From positions 47,244,001 to 47,308,000 of the forward strand of contig OZ231126.1 in NCBI GenBank assembly GCA_965153355.1: DNA of 64,000 nucleotides, written 5' to 3'. The stretch comes from Flaccisagitta enflata. Taxonomy: Eukaryota. The position numbers and the translations under genes are program-made. The notes beneath the pieces are model-generated. The model ran no database searches and was not told the DNA's origin. It was given only the letters and a program-made list of their open reading frames with translations. Each line of letters opens with the position of its first letter. The first letter of the stretch is position 1. Shown piece by piece: positions 50,401 to 63,684 of the stretch.

Positions 50401-51980
50401 CTTTCCCGCGACATGTCGCATCGCGTAACAAAATCAAAAACAGTATATTTTAGGTTTAAATAGTGTTAAATTATGTTGTAGCAATTGTATTTTACCTTTT
50501 GGTAGTACCAAAAGTGTTAAATCATCAAAAACTTTCTTATTTCTTTTTTTCAAGCTTTTGATTTTCTTCCCCATCTCCAAACCCTTTGATTTCATTCCCC
50601 CCCCACCGGGGGGGGAGGGGGAATGCTCAACTTTATACACCCCTGAGTCAATATCTTAGACCAGTTTGTTCTATGACTGCGTCATTTACAGACGAAAGTG
50701 AAATGCAAGAAGTCAATCCCCCAACCGCTGAAAAAAAAAGGATGCATACGTAAGGAATGAAGGCTTATGTCACTACAAAAAGCCTCATCAGAGCGATTTT
50801 TAAAATTCCTTCACTATCTTTAGTTATATATCTTAAAACAGCAAAATTCAAAAAATGATTTTTAGTCGCGTGCACACGACTCTTCATCCCGCTTTGTCCG
50901 TCCGTCCATCCGTACGTCTGTCCGTCGCTTTACTTTTTTATCAATTTTATTTATCTAAGTAATTTTAAGTCCTTTTAAAGTATACTTAGTCATTCTAAGT
51001 CGGTCGGTCTGTCCATCACGCTTTCAGTTTTTTTATCAATTTTATTTAAGTCATTCTAAGTCAATCTGTAAGTCTCGCACGCGACTTATAGGTGCTGGCC
51101 TTGTTTTTTAGTTGCGGACACGCAACTCTATTATAAGAGCCTTTATCCATCCGTCCGTCCGTCCGTCGGTCCGTCGGTGTGCACGAGTCGAAAAGTGTGA
51201 AACCGTGCATTTCCGCCCCTGCCCACCCGTCCGCAACTGGTATGGCCGTGTATCCGGCCTTGTTTACTTTTCAAAGAGCCAAGATTCAAACTTGGGAATG
51301 AATGTAAAAAATTCGCTTTGATGAAACTAATTATATTGCCACAAACTTCCATTCTTCACTATGTGTCTTTTTTCACTCAACGGTTGAGGCGGGGGGGGGG
51401 GTATGCGCTACACTTAGATAATCACTTTCATCTGTAACCACCTGAATGTAGGCATAGTCTCCACCTCCAAAGGGTAGGGTCGTTCCTAATTCGGCGTAGC
51501 AGAGTCCACCCAAGAGAGCCATGATTCCGCAAACGCCCCATACTACCAGAGCCATTCCCACCGAATCCACCTCCTGAATTACACCTTTCGGGGACACGAA
51601 TATCCCTGTGGAAGATATGGTTAAGAAGAAATTTATGATAGTAGGCAGAGGGGCTTATTCAGCTAGGCCATAAAACAATTTGTCACCTACAATCATACGG
51701 ACATACACACGCCCACACAGCACGCAAAAAGGGAGAAACACCCGATGTCTGGATTGGAGGATCCTGCCAAGGAACCGTTTTTCCAAGACCAAGAAACACT
51801 CATATACGCCAGGTGACCAATCAATAACATACCCGAGCCAACGATGCATCCTACGATAATGGTAACGGCGTTGAAGAGATTGATGTTCCGTTTTAATCCG
51901 ACGGCAGAGTCCTGCGAGCCGGTGACGCTAGCATTGGGCACCGCCTCAGATCCCTTCGCACTACCCTGCTGTTCCGACAT
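41467..51980 (-). CDS. SLC7 family L-type amino-acid transporter light chain (LAT1/LAT2/y+LAT-like), 492 aa
   Basis: Ten exons 51980-51833, 51605-51442, 50217-50043, 47735-47610, 47494-47395, 47256-47100, 43523-43324, 43235-43107, 42702-42584 and 41627-41467, all GT-AG with consistent phases, total 1479 nt. Motifs [38 protein letters not shown] (heavy-chain disulfide Cys position), FSYAGWNYLNF and PDLERPIK. The exact paralog is not assignable. Confidence 0.96.
41880..42003. mobile_element. Tiny hAT-type MITE; second copy at 44541-44655
   Basis: TAGGGATGTG...CACATCCCTA with 8-bp TSD TGTGAAAC; the second copy has TSD GTTTAAAC. Confidence 0.85.
42091..42498. mobile_element. MITE with ~60-bp inverted ends
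   Basis: TTACAGTTGCAATGAAAATACAA...CTCTAGCAACCCCCCCTGCAGCT mirrored by AGCTGCAGGGGGGGTTGCTAGAG...TTGTATTTTCATTGCCTCTGTAA. Confidence 0.7.
43830..44423. mobile_element. Palindromic TA-MITE of the 9497 family
   Basis: TA|CAGTAATGTCGTCTAGACTTGGAAAT...ATTTCCAAGTCTAGACGACATCTACTG|TA. Confidence 0.85.
45165..47020. mobile_element. ~1.85-kb TIR element with (CTCTTTTTAA)n arrays
   Basis: TTAGGGTGAAGTGGGGTAGAATGGGTCACTT ... AAGTGACCCATTTTACCCCACTCTACCCTAA; perfect 10-bp array at ~45321-45420 and a degenerate one at ~46610-46900. Superfamily uncertain. Confidence 0.65.
47999..49118 (-). CDS. EFCAB10: EF-hand calcium-binding domain protein 10-like (N-terminal docking domain plus EF-hand), 164 aa, nested in SLC7 intron 3
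   Basis: Exons 49118-49041 ([26 protein letters not shown]), 48954-48738 ([20 protein letters not shown]...[21 protein letters not shown]) and 48198-47999 ([17 protein letters not shown]...STFV*). Matches the recalled EFCAB10 pattern (YLxxHxI..LTxxL...PExP...DxSNIxAxF..D..GxG.I). Intron 2 has a GC donor (AAG|GCAAGT). Confidence 0.88.
49196..49208. promoter_or_regulatory. RFX X-box upstream of the EFCAB10-like gene
   Basis: GTTACCAGGCAAC, ~80 bp upstream of the ATG, fits GTNRCC-N0-3-RGYAAC. Confidence 0.7.
50342..50645. mobile_element. hAT-type MITE
   Basis: CAGGGGTGTATA...TATACACCCCTG with 8-bp TSD AGTCAATA. Confidence 0.9.
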
Positions 51981-53436
51981 GGTTACAGATGTACAATTTT
52001 AGTTAAAAGAAAAAACAAAAAGAGCCGTCTTTTTTTCGCGTGAGAACCTTGTCCGCCTTCCAATTATGGTCAACTTGTAATCGAGACAAATTGAAGGAGA
52101 TGCCGAAAAGGGGGAACCTCCACAAAATTTCGGCGAAAATTAGATTAGATACACTTTCGGGATTCACTGATAGAAACGAAAATGTTTTCGACGTTGCCGA
52201 TTTGAGTCGGACTAATGGAGGCCCGAAGAAGGCGAAGATGCGAAGAATGTTTTTACTTCAAAATGGAGCTGAGACAACTGTTAGCGTTATCAGAGATAAT
52301 AATCAAAAGAATTTTGAGGGAGAGGCGATATACTGTTTCTTGTTAGTTCATATAGCAGATCCGTCAAAGGAATGATGGAGAGAAACGAGTTGTTCAGAAC
52401 TTAAGACGGAAAAAGGAGAAAAGACGAGAAAAGGAGATGTGGAGGAGCGTTGAGGCACGAAGGACGTGGTCTACGTCGCAATCACAATGAGAAACAAGGC
52501 GCGTTATTTTTAGCACAATTTTAAAATTCTAAGTAGAAACTAAGCTGACCCCGCTAAAACGGATACTAAAGGCTTTTATTGCCGGGGCTCATAAAAGAAA
52601 CATTAAGCCCGGAGTCTTTCTAACCAAAGCCGGATATACAGATGCACGCGCAGGCACAGCTGGACACCCTGCGACAACGCCTATTCATGGAATAATCTGT
52701 TAAACGGCCCGACCAACAGAATCATTAGGGTGCTGGGTGAAGTCCGGGTGCTAGTCCGTGGATAAGTCAAAAGAGGATCTCATCCTGAATCAGAGGTGCG
52801 ACTAAAGGACAAACATCGAATAGAAGATTTCATGAAATATGGTTGTTAACCATAAATAATCTATTGTTAAAATAATTGTGACCACATTTGTATTTGAACT
52901 TTTTCCCGGGTTTTTAATTGGATTACAATGTAATCGAGGATAACTAATTTGCTCACAAAATAAAATCGAGACCCAGCCACACGATTTCCTTAACGGCCGA
53001 TGCGAAATTTGGCAAAGGACCCAAAAAGTACTTTGAATCAAAGTCCAAGACCATAAGATGCAATAAATTTGATTGAAACAATTTGTAGAAGACTACATTT
53101 TTCCTTATTCCGTTCTCAAATACCAGGACGGAAACTTGAAAGTTCTGTGCATTTTGGGCAGCGGCCCTAAAGGACCTTTATCTTGTGAAACAGGGATGTA
53201 TTCCTTACGGTAAAGGACATCGACAAGTTCACAGAGACTGTTGACAAACAGACCTCTTAAAAAACCTAAACAAGCTTACCAATAAAGGCGGCTCTCGCCG
53301 ACTGGAAAAAAGTCGTAAATGGGAGTCTCTTTCTTGGTGCATGTTCTTTTGTGTGCATTTTATGATGCTTGGTTAACTGCCTGCCTGCCTGTTTTTGTCT
53401 CTTTTTTGGTCTTCCTTTATCTTTGAGTGTGTGTGT

Positions 53437-56400
53437 TACGAATAGTCAACCACTGTAATTTTTTTATTTGATTGCTCATGTGGCTTCCAATCTTTGATAT
53501 ATGATGTTCTGAGCCTAAGCTATAAATTTCATCATCATAGCTTGACAAAACCAATCGCCGATTTCCCTTTATTTATCACCACTCCAAGATGGTTGTGGTG
53601 AAAATGTTGAAATTTGGTCACTTTGGGCTCAAAATCGGGCCACTTCGCTTTTGATATTTGACCCAAAATCCATGGGATTATGAAACTAGAGCTCAAGAGC
53701 TAACCAGTGGTGCAATCCGCATATTGCTATCATTTTTTGTTAAGGTTTGAGAGTTTTTCAAAGATGGAAGGGTATGAGGGTTATTTTAACAGATAAATTA
53801 TTTGGTAAATTTTGACATTTTTTACAATTTTTGATATATCTCCGCTTTGGATGGACTAATTTGGACGAAATTGGTGACCAAATTGAAGATTTTTTGATGC
53901 TCTAAATGAATCTGGTAAAATTTTTGATCTAGAAGCAGGCTGTTATTGCGGGGTTCCACTGTACTAAAAAGTAATTTTTTTTGTCATTTTGGCTACTTTA
54001 GCCACACAATTTGGGCACTTCTGAGCTAGAAAAAGACAAAAAATCCATGAGTAAACTAAACTACAGCTCAAGATATAACCAGTGGTGCAATTGGCATGAC
54101 AATATGTTGAAGCATAGAGATTTGGCAGAGCTCCAAAGATCAGTGGGTATGATAAAATGACATTTTTTGGTAATTTTGGTCATGTTGGACTCAAAATTGA
54201 GCCGCTTTGTTCTATAAATTTAACCCAAAACCCATGAGATTATAAAACTAGAGCTCAAGAACTAATCAGTGGTGCAATCCGTATGTTGCTATCATTTTTT
54301 GTTAGGATTTGAGAGCTCTGTAAAGATCAAAGGGTGTGAGGGTTATTTCACCAAATGAATTTGGTGGTCATTTTTTACATTTTTTACTATTTTTGATATA
54401 TCTCCGCTTTGGATGGACCATTTTGGACAAAATTGGTGACCAAATTGAAGATTTTTTGATGCTCCAAATGAATCTTTGAAAAATTTTTGATCGATATGAC
54501 CCACAATTTTTTTGAAAGACTCAAGGACCACGTGCTAAAAAGTAAATTTTTCACCATTTTGGCTACTTTGGTCACATAATTAAAGCAGTTCCGAGCTGAG
54601 AAAAGACAAAAAATCCATAAGCAAATTAAGCCACAGCTCAAGATCTAACCATTGGTGCAATTGGCATGTCAATATGTTGAAGCATATAGATTTGGCAGAG
54701 CTTCAAAGATCAGTAAGTACAGTAATACTTTGATTTGACTGCTCAAGTCGTTCCCAATTTTTTGATACATAAGAACTGAATTCTTTGAATTCAACTGCAC
54801 AAGAATTGCGCAGCTCCATGTCAAAAAATGAGACAAATATTGCAAAAAAACACCATGAATGTTTAAAAAGATGCTTAGAGCTAGAAAAAAAGTCTAAATG
54901 CTGAGCTGACATCCGTACAGACTCGGCCAAAGTGTCTAATGGTTACAAGAATGAAGTATTTTTAATAGTTTATTTCTCACTACATTTTGGAGCTTTTGAA
55001 TCATTTCAGCGATTGGTTTTGTCAAGCTTTGATGATAAAATTAATATTCTAGGCTCAGTGCATCACGTAATAAAAATTGGAAACCACTTGAGCTTGGATC
55101 TTTTGTCTTTTCCTAGCTCGGAAGTGCCTAAATCGTGTGACAAAAGTCGCAAAAATGGCAAAAAAATTTACTTTTTAGCACCTACTTCTTGAGTTTTTAA
55201 AAAAAATTTTGAGGGTCATATCAATCAAAAATCTTACCAGATTCATTTTAAGCATCAAGAAATCTTCAATTTGGTCACCAATTTTGTCCAAATTGGTCCA
55301 TCCAAAGTGGAGATATATCGAAAATTGTAAAAAATGTCAAAAATGACCACCAAATTCATTTGGTAAAAAAACCCTCACAGCCTTCCATCTTTGAAGAGCT
55401 CTAAAATCTTAACAAAAAATGATAGCAACATACGGATTGCACCACTGATTAGTCACGCCACGGGGGAGGCTTTCATAGGTCAAGAAAAATGCTCGGTCAT
55501 AATGGAGAGTGGTTTGGGCCTCAGGAAGGTTTACTTTATCACTTCATACCAAAACGGAAATTTTTTTCCTTCGAAAATTTTTTTAATGCCGTAAATTGCT
55601 GTAAAAAGCCGTAAATTTGGCATTTTTGACAGTTTTTTTCGTCTAAAACCGCCACTATGGTCAAAAAATGGGCAAACAATGATTATCTGGCACTAAGACA
55701 CATTCATGCATAAATACAGGCCAACCCGTCATCATTTAGTATCGTTTTGTGCCGTAAAATACCGTAAAAAGCCGTAAAAATGGTGTTTTTTGATGACGGA
55801 TTGGCCTGCATTTATGCATGAATGTGTCTTAGTGCCAGATAATTATTATTTGCCCATTTTTTGACCATAATTGCGGTTTTAGACGAAAAAAACTAAAAAA
55901 ATGCCAATTTTACGGCTTTTTACAGCAATTTACGGCATTTAAAAAAAATTTTGAAGGAAAAAAATTTTCATTTTGGTATGAAGTGATAAAGTAAACCTTC
56001 CTGAGGCCCAAACCACTCTCCTTTATGACCGAGCATTTTTCTTGACCTATGAAAGCCTCCCCCGTGGCGTGTAGTTCTTGAGCTTTAGTTTTACATGGAT
56101 TTTGGGTTAAATTTCTAGAGCGAAGTGGCTCAATTTTGAGCCCAAAATGACCAAAATTACCAAAATATGTCATTTTATTATACCCACTGATCTTTGAAGC
56201 TCTGCCAAATCTATATGCTTAAACATATTGTCATGCCGATTGCACCACTGGTTAGATCTAGAGCTGTAGTTTAGTTTGCTCATGGATTTTTTGTCTTTTT
56301 TTAGCTCCAAAGAGCCCAAATTGAGTGACCGAAGAAGCCAAAATGGCAACAAAAATTACTTTTTAGCACCTGCTTCTAGTGTCTTCCAAAAACTTTAAGG

Positions 56401-56900
56401 GTCACATCGATCAAAAATTTCATCAGATTCATTTAGAGCATCAAAAAATCTTCAATTTGGTCACCAATTTCGTCCAAATTAGTTTATCCAAAGCGGAGAT
56501 ATATCAAAAATTGTAAAAAATGTCAAAATTGACCATCAAATTCATCTGATAAAATAACCCTCATACCCTTCCATCTTTGAAGAGCTCTCAAATTCTAACA
56601 AAAAATGATAGCGACATGCGGATTGCACCACTGGTTAGTTCTTGAGCTCTAGTTTCATAATCTCATGGATTTTGGGTCAAATTTCAAAAGCAAAGTGGCC
56701 TAATTTTGAGGCCAAAGTGGCCAAATTTCAACATTTTTACAACAACCACATTGGAGTGGTGATAAATAAAGTTAAATCGGCGATTGATTTTGAAAAGCCA
56801 TGATGATGAAATTTATAGTTTAGGCTCAGTATATCATGTACTAAAAAATGGAAGCCACTTGAGCAGTCAAATGAAAAATTCCAGTAACCGACCAGACGTA
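53437..56900. mobile_element. 3.5-kb foldback element with internally duplicated ~540-bp modules
   Basis: Termini TACG...CGTA with long imperfect inverted arms, flanked by GTGTGTGTGT on both sides (compatible with a 10-bp TSD but ambiguous in a microsatellite). It interrupts a copy of the 8485-9440 repeat. Confidence 0.8.
55454..56071. mobile_element. Near-perfect palindromic CAC...GTG MITE with 4-bp TSD (Chapaev/CMC-like)
   Basis: TAGT|CACGCCACGGGGGAGGCTTTCATAGG...CCTATGAAAGCCTCCCCCGTGGCGTG|TAGT. Confidence 0.88.
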
Positions 56901-56922
56901 GTGTGTGTGTGTGTGTGTGTGT

Positions 56923-57019
<97 letters not shown>

Positions 57020-57861
57020 TGTGGGGGGTGTATGTCTCTCTCTGACTTTCTCTTTCCCTTTCTATTCTCTTTCTCTGTCTTTCTATCTCTCAAGCAGAGT
57101 AAAATGCAAAAGCTAGCGTCATAAAAGTTAGGGCCAATTTGTGTAACATCTTGACTCTTCACTCTTGTTACATAAGGCTGAAAAATGGGATCAATGAAAA
57201 ATATTGATTTTTTCAAAAATGCGAAAAAATAAAAAAAGATTCAAAAATTTATAGCGCCAAATTAATGATCGTAGAAACTTCTGGTTGGCGCCATTTGAAA
57301 GAGAAAAATAAGCTCTTTCTTAGCTATGAATATAATAAAAAATATCATCCCAGCCCAAAAACGGCCCAACTTTCTAAAATTGTCCCAAATCCAAAATGGA
57401 AAACTTTATTTCTCCCCTAAGTTTCAAAAAGTCGAATTACGTAATTCGACTTTTTTCCAACAAAGATGAAATCCAGACGTTAAGGAATCTAATTAGGTCC
57501 GCCTCTATGTATTGATTAGGGTCAGTATCAAGCTTAAAGACCATTTTTCGGAAAATTCAAGTTGATAAATATAGTTGAGTGGAAGAGGATACAGCATCTA
57601 ATCAAAGCTGCTCATTTGCGATCCGATCTGATAACAAATTTAGAACTCTATAAGCCCTTTCATGGAATGAAATATATCGCCTAAATAAAAGTGATCCCGT
57701 TCCAAATCTTATACATTTAAAAGTAGGTACGCACCACAGTAGCTCGGCACGTGCACGGCCAAAATTTTGTTTTGTTACGAGTCAATTCTTTATCATGGGT
57801 TAATCGCGAGTTTCTGCATTGTGAGCACGAGGAAACTTTTACCTAAGCACTTAGGGTCTTA

Positions 57862-57928
<67 letters not shown>

Positions 57929-59887
57929 AAAGAGAAAGAAAGAGAGAGAGAAAGCGCCTTGAGGATGAATCGGTGTTTGTAGAAAACTTGAGTCCGAGAG
58001 ACTTGGGATGACCGCCGGCGGGTATTCCTTTTCTCACTAATCAAAATCCCGACCGTACAGCAAAAAATATGAAGGTTCGAAAAAAGTTTTTGTTGACAAG
58101 TCTGTCGCTATTTTATTTCTTTTTTTTTCTTCTTTGAAAACGTGCGATGTTCTTGGTGTGTGGTTTTTTTCCTATAATTTTATTTGAAGGTCGCAGAATG
58201 TGTCAATCATATCGATTGTCGATCCAAAAACTTCCGTCGTCCACGTCGGCGCAATGTTGATCAAAAAAGGCACGATTGTCGATGGCGGGTTGGACGCATC
58301 AATTGTGAGAAATACATCCGAAAATAAAAGAATTCGATGAAAAGGGAAAATTGCGGCACTGTTTGAGTCAAAAGGCGTAAAATCCGCGAGAAAGGAAAAA
58401 GTAGGATAAATCTGGAGGGGATTAAAGTCGAGGTCGCGGCGTATATTGAGTCGAAGGGGGAATTAGATAGGGGGGTACAACTGGTGAGAACTTTTGAGAT
58501 TGAGATTGACGGGATTGGAGATCGGGAAGTACTACGATCGAGCTTTTGTGCGTAGTTATGCCGTCAGGATGAAGATGATGATTTAAAGGTCGCAAAGGTG
58601 GGGCAGATGGCGGAAGAGGACGCGTTTAAGTGTTCGTTGTAGTTAATTTGACTCCAAGAGTAACTGCCGCGCTCCAATCGTGGCTCAAAGGAGATTGCCG
58701 TCAGGTCTGAGGATCGAATTGGAGATTCGCGATTCGTCGAGTCTGTCAAGGGATGAAACAGGGGATGATCGACAATATCAGAGGATAACACTAACAAACA
58801 TCAGGATCCGCCCTCATCAATCAGACAATCACCTTGCTCCTCAAGCTCTGTAGTCAAGCCTCATACCCTAGATTCCGCACATGCATTTCTAGACCCAAAA
58901 GAAACACGTACCGACACACGCATCAGTGGTCTGTGTCGCGACTCACGTCAACCATATCCACCGATCACTTACCTCGACAGGAGGGAGAAGTGGAGAAGAA
59001 ACACCAAGGACGGGTCAGCATCGTTTGACTTATTTCGAGAATGACGTTATATTATGTACTATTTAGTAAACGTTTTTCGTTCTTGGGGAAAACTGCAGAG
59101 CGAGAAATGATCTTCCTCGAACCACGCCGAAGTTGTCCGGTCGAAAAAATGAAGCATTCAAGGCGCGAAAGAGTTATTCAGATCATTCCTCCGACTTTAA
59201 TGATCATCTGTAACAAAAGAAACATAGTTGAAGGGATATGTGCGAGAGAACAGTAAACGTATCCTCACGAGATCAGCAAGGAAATTTCGAGTCTGTTTTT
59301 GTTCCGCCACCAAAAAAAGTTTTTTATTTGAGCAAATTCGCATCCTTGTTAAGTAAGGATTGTTTTCGAATAGAGCTCAATTTGGGAGAAAATACGCATC
59401 AGTAACGATACGATCAACCTCACTGCACTATCCACAAATCACCATCGAAAGAAATTGTCCAAGACCGGCTTTGAAAGTGCACCGACCGGTTCCGAGTCAA
59501 TCTTTAAGTAGTGCATTGACTTGTAAAGAACGAAACATCTTATTTTCGATAGAGACGTTGACAGTCTGAGATTGAGAATTGATGTGACAAGGCCAACACA
59601 TGCGCCGTGTGGATCGTGGAATGAATGCGTTTTCCGACCGACCGACCGACCGACCGACGGCCAATGCTTCCTCGAAACGTGCTTTGGCGCAAGTAAAACG
59701 AGGAGAGGTCCAGAGGTTCATCAAACCAAAGAGTCGTTGCCCAATTGCGCCATGAAGGTTAAAGTGAGATGGATGATGCAATCCCTTCCGCCGGCTTTCA
59801 TCATCACTTTCTATTGAGAGAAAACTCCCACCTCCAATCACTAGAAGGGGTGGCTTAAATTTTAGAGTCTGAATAACAGATGTGAGG

Positions 59888-60017
<130 letters not shown>

Positions 60018-60887
60018 ATGGATCAATCCAGGATGAGCCACATTCTCAGATCCTCCTGAAAGGCAGACTTAAAGACCGACTAACGGAGCGAACTAAAACG
60101 CAAGCAACAAATTAAACCTACTTACGTAGCTGAATCGACCACACTTGCATAAAAGAAACCACGTTTGTCAAGAGAAAACATGAGAATAAGCTGTCTACCG
60201 ACCAATTCCATTCTTCTACAACAAAATAGCAGCAGTACATGAGCGCACCCCTTCGTTAAATTCCAAATTCGCGAAAAGTACTCTTTTATTTGCGCAATAG
60301 TATTTAGAATTCCTTCACAGGTCGCCAGATTATTGAAGAATGAAGATATACAATGCCCCACAACCTCAAGAACCGTCTATTAAGTCCCACCAATCCATTT
60401 ACTGCGGCGTTAAGTGTCTTCTCCATGAATTGATTCACACATTGATTGAATTTATTTTTAATCGCGGACACCGGGACAAGTAACTCTATGAGAGGCTTTG
60501 TTCAGCCGTCAGTCTGTCGGTCTGTGACGCTCGAGTTGAACAGTTTGTATATATGTGTAGGTGGTGTATCCCTGCTCATCCGCCCGCAACGATTTCGCAA
60601 CCCCGGGTTCCTTCTTAAGCTAGACCCTCCACTACTTGCACTACTGGGAGGAAACCGCACTGATTTTGATCAAGCGAGTCTGCACAATACATATGAAAGT
60701 TGAAACAACATTGCCCTTATAAAAGGGGGCCAGAATTCTCCAATATTCGGTCGATCACAGCAAGCTTGCTAACAAACTTTAATTCCAGACCCAATGAAAA
60801 TCGGATAGATGATTAGCGAACTGATGCATTCATTTTAATAGGCCCCTCCTGAATGAAACCTAGCAAATCATGGCATGATTATCATAA

Positions 60888-61125
60888 TACTATCTTGGCG
60901 GAAAGAAACGCGACAGTTCTTAAAACTAGCACCAACTTTGGAAGATCACTGCTCCTAAACGAATAAAGCTATAGACTTCAACTTGGTCTCATTTTAAAGA
61001 TCTGAATCAGATTTTTAAAATGGGTCCAATCTGGAGTCTGTAGCTTATTTCATTAAAGAGCAGTACTCCTCCAAAGTTGATACTACTTTTAGCAACTGTC
61101 GCGTTTCTTTCCGCCAAGATGGTAG
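60888..61125. mobile_element. Palindromic MITE, ~240 bp
   Basis: ACTATCTTGGCGGAAAGAAACGCGACAGTT...AACTGTCGCGTTTCTTTCCGCCAAGATGGT. Confidence 0.8.
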
Positions 61126-61658
61126 TTTACAGTATGTCATCGGGCCATCGGCAATTTTGAAATGGATTTTAAAAGGCTAAGAGGCTAAGTAGCATGGCAA
61201 GGTTTTTGAAATATCGAGGGACAAGAGAATTAACACTACCCTAACGACTGATTGTCCCTATCAAATCTTATCGTGCTTGGATTTTGTCAGACCTTCACCT
61301 TTAAGGTGTATTAAAATGATCTCGGTATAAACTAGCAATAGCTTGTGAGTCTGTCATGTGCTGTCGAGAAACAAGCTTGGATCAATTCTCGAATTATCAA
61401 GGGAAAGTTCTTCATGATAACATCAGCTAGCATCTGAGTATTCAGAGCAGCAGCTACCTGGCTATTGAAATAAATGCTCGAACATAACCTAATGAAACGT
61501 CACAAAAAATCTTTGGTAGTAATGAAAGATTCTGTTTATTTTCCACCGTCCCGCGATACAAACGACGTGCAATCTCTTATTCTAAACGAGAATTACCCAC
61601 CAATGAAACAACTGGTAAGTGGGGACCAGGGGATATAGAAAAAGATGACTTGATTTGA

Positions 61659-61983
61659 CTAGTGGGAGCCCAGGCCTTCCGATTTTCCGTTTACATTAAG
61701 TCTCAATATTGCCGCGGGCGTTGTCGAGGCCCGCCGGGAATACTCGACAACGCAGCTGCGCCGGATTATACTAGAGCCCAGAGAAAGAAATGGTTGCCAG
61801 AGGTTGCCATCAAATATAATGGCGGTGTCAGTAAGGGCATATATATCCATTTCTCCCGAACAAAAAACGATCCAAAACTCGGACATAACAAACTTACGTG
61901 TATTTATTCTCCCCACACTTGTAACATAAGAACAACAATAGAAGGCCCCACCCCGTAATGCCATCGTATGCACGTACGGGGGA
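61659..61983 (-). mobile_element. Candidate non-autonomous Helitron, 325 bp
   Basis: The minus strand reads A|TCCCCCGTACG...GGGCTCCCACTAG|T (5'-TC, 3'-CTAG, between A and T) with GC-rich hairpins. Only one copy in the window. Confidence 0.45.
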
Positions 61984-63088
61984 TCTCATTATCATCCTCG
62001 AAATTGGTAACCGTTTTGATTTTCTTCCCCATATAGCCGAATTTTGCCAAAGTTACATAAAATTGCCTAAGTCTGCAAAATTGTGCCCATTTTGCCAAAT
62101 TCTGCTTAATTTGCTAAATTAAGCAAATTTTACCGAATTACCAGATTTTGCTAAATTTACCAAATTTTGCCAAATTCTGCAAAATTTTGTCTGATTCTGC
62201 CGACGGACGGAGGAGGAGAATTTCCTGATGTGTGAAACCACAGGTCATCAGCCCCTTTGAAGCCGCTGCCCTGCTCCCTCCCTCAACTTCAATCCCAACC
62301 TACTTAGGCAGGGCGCGGGTACCGCTGACCATCTAACGCTTTTGCGACTATTGGTACTACCAAAATTGTGTGCTCATCAATGTTTCTTTTCTAGTTGCGA
62401 ACACGCAACTCAAAGAGGCTTTATCCGTCTGTCCATCGGTCTGTGGGTCCGTCCATGATGATCGAGTCAGAAAGTTTGAAAACGCGCATTTGTAATGCTA
62501 CACATGTTTCTCCGAGTGTGAGCATGGGGTAGGGGAGGACATGGATGGTGGTTGTGTGCCCCTGCCCACCTGTCCGCGACAATATTGTGACCCAGCGTCA
62601 CTTGTTCTGTTATCCTACCCTTTGATTTCTTTCCCCATTTCCAAATCCTTTGATTTTATTGCCCCCCAGCGGGAAGGGGGGGGGGGAATGGTGGGAGGGT
62701 ATGCAACAATATACAGGCCTGTCCGCCTGTGTTAAAATCTAACAAACCAGCCAATTACATTCTATCACGGTTTTAAGTCTTCAGGTTAAAGACTGTACAC
62801 TGAATGGTGTAAAGATTGTTAGCGTGTTATTACCCAAATTTACTTCTTTGATGTAAAACACTGTATGCAGGAGTAATGATCCAAAAGCAGTACCTGACAC
62901 CTGTGAAGAGAAATCAAATCTTCTAAGTCGCACAATACGACTGACGTATACAATTTTACACATCAATAATGATGTCATCAATATAAACACCCCCTAAGCC
63001 CCAGATAGCTCTACAAAATGAATCACCATGCAACGAAAAACAGCGCGCGTCTAGAACTAGAAGAGCTGGTTGATCATTCTCGCAAATG

Positions 63089-63421
63089 TCATTTTTGACT
63101 AAAATTTGGAACGGGAAGTTTGCTAGGAGATACACTGGGTTTTAAAAGGGGTGGCAGGGCAGCCATGTCTTTGGGTTTGGCTGGCGGAGGCGCGGCATCC
63201 GTGGAAGACGCCTCGCTCTTTTCATCGGGGATGGAAATGACTGTGGATGACGAAGCGGCGTCGACGGCGCCGGTGGACGATGCGCGTTCGAAACTGGCGT
63301 CGGAAGCGGCGGCAGGCGGCGTTGTCGCCTTCTCACTCGACGACGTCGTCGCCTCGTCGTCATCCATAGAAGGCCACGAGGGAGTCGATTCCTCCATTTT
63401 GCTCAAACGCTCGTTCAGCGC
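63089..63421 (-). CDS. TMEM115: Transmembrane protein 115 (Golgi), last coding exon; upstream exons lie beyond the window
   Basis: Acceptor TTCTTCCTATAG| then ALNERLSKMEESTPSWPSMDDDEATT..., matching the recalled TMEM115 C-terminal motif (ALKALNERL...WPSMDDDE). Confidence 0.85.
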   Translation of the reverse strand, partial: ALNERLSKMEESTPSWPSMDDDEATTSSSEKATTPPAAASDASFERASSTGAVDAASSSTVISIPDEKSEASSTDAAPPPAKPKDMAALPPLLKPSVSPSKLPVPNFSQK

Positions 63422-63684
63422 CTATAGGAAGAAAAGAACAGCACGGATAAATGCGACCATTCTGATGGGTGAATGCGTCGCGTTGGGACGGAAAAATCGG
63501 GCCAATAACGCACTGCATTTCGCATTTGTTTTATTTTTTCAGAAATGCGAAAAACTCTTGTACAGCACAGTTTTTATGTATGTTTTTTTTTATATGGTGA
63601 CTAAGAATGACTTAAAATGACCTAAAATGACCGAGTCACTGTTAGTCATTCTGAGTCACTTTAAAGTCATTCCAAGTTTGGTTG

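Noticed and set aside
52040-52375. 111-aa plus-strand ORF upstream of SLC7
   Set aside because: Non-ATG start, no recognisable homology; lies in the likely SLC7 leader/promoter.
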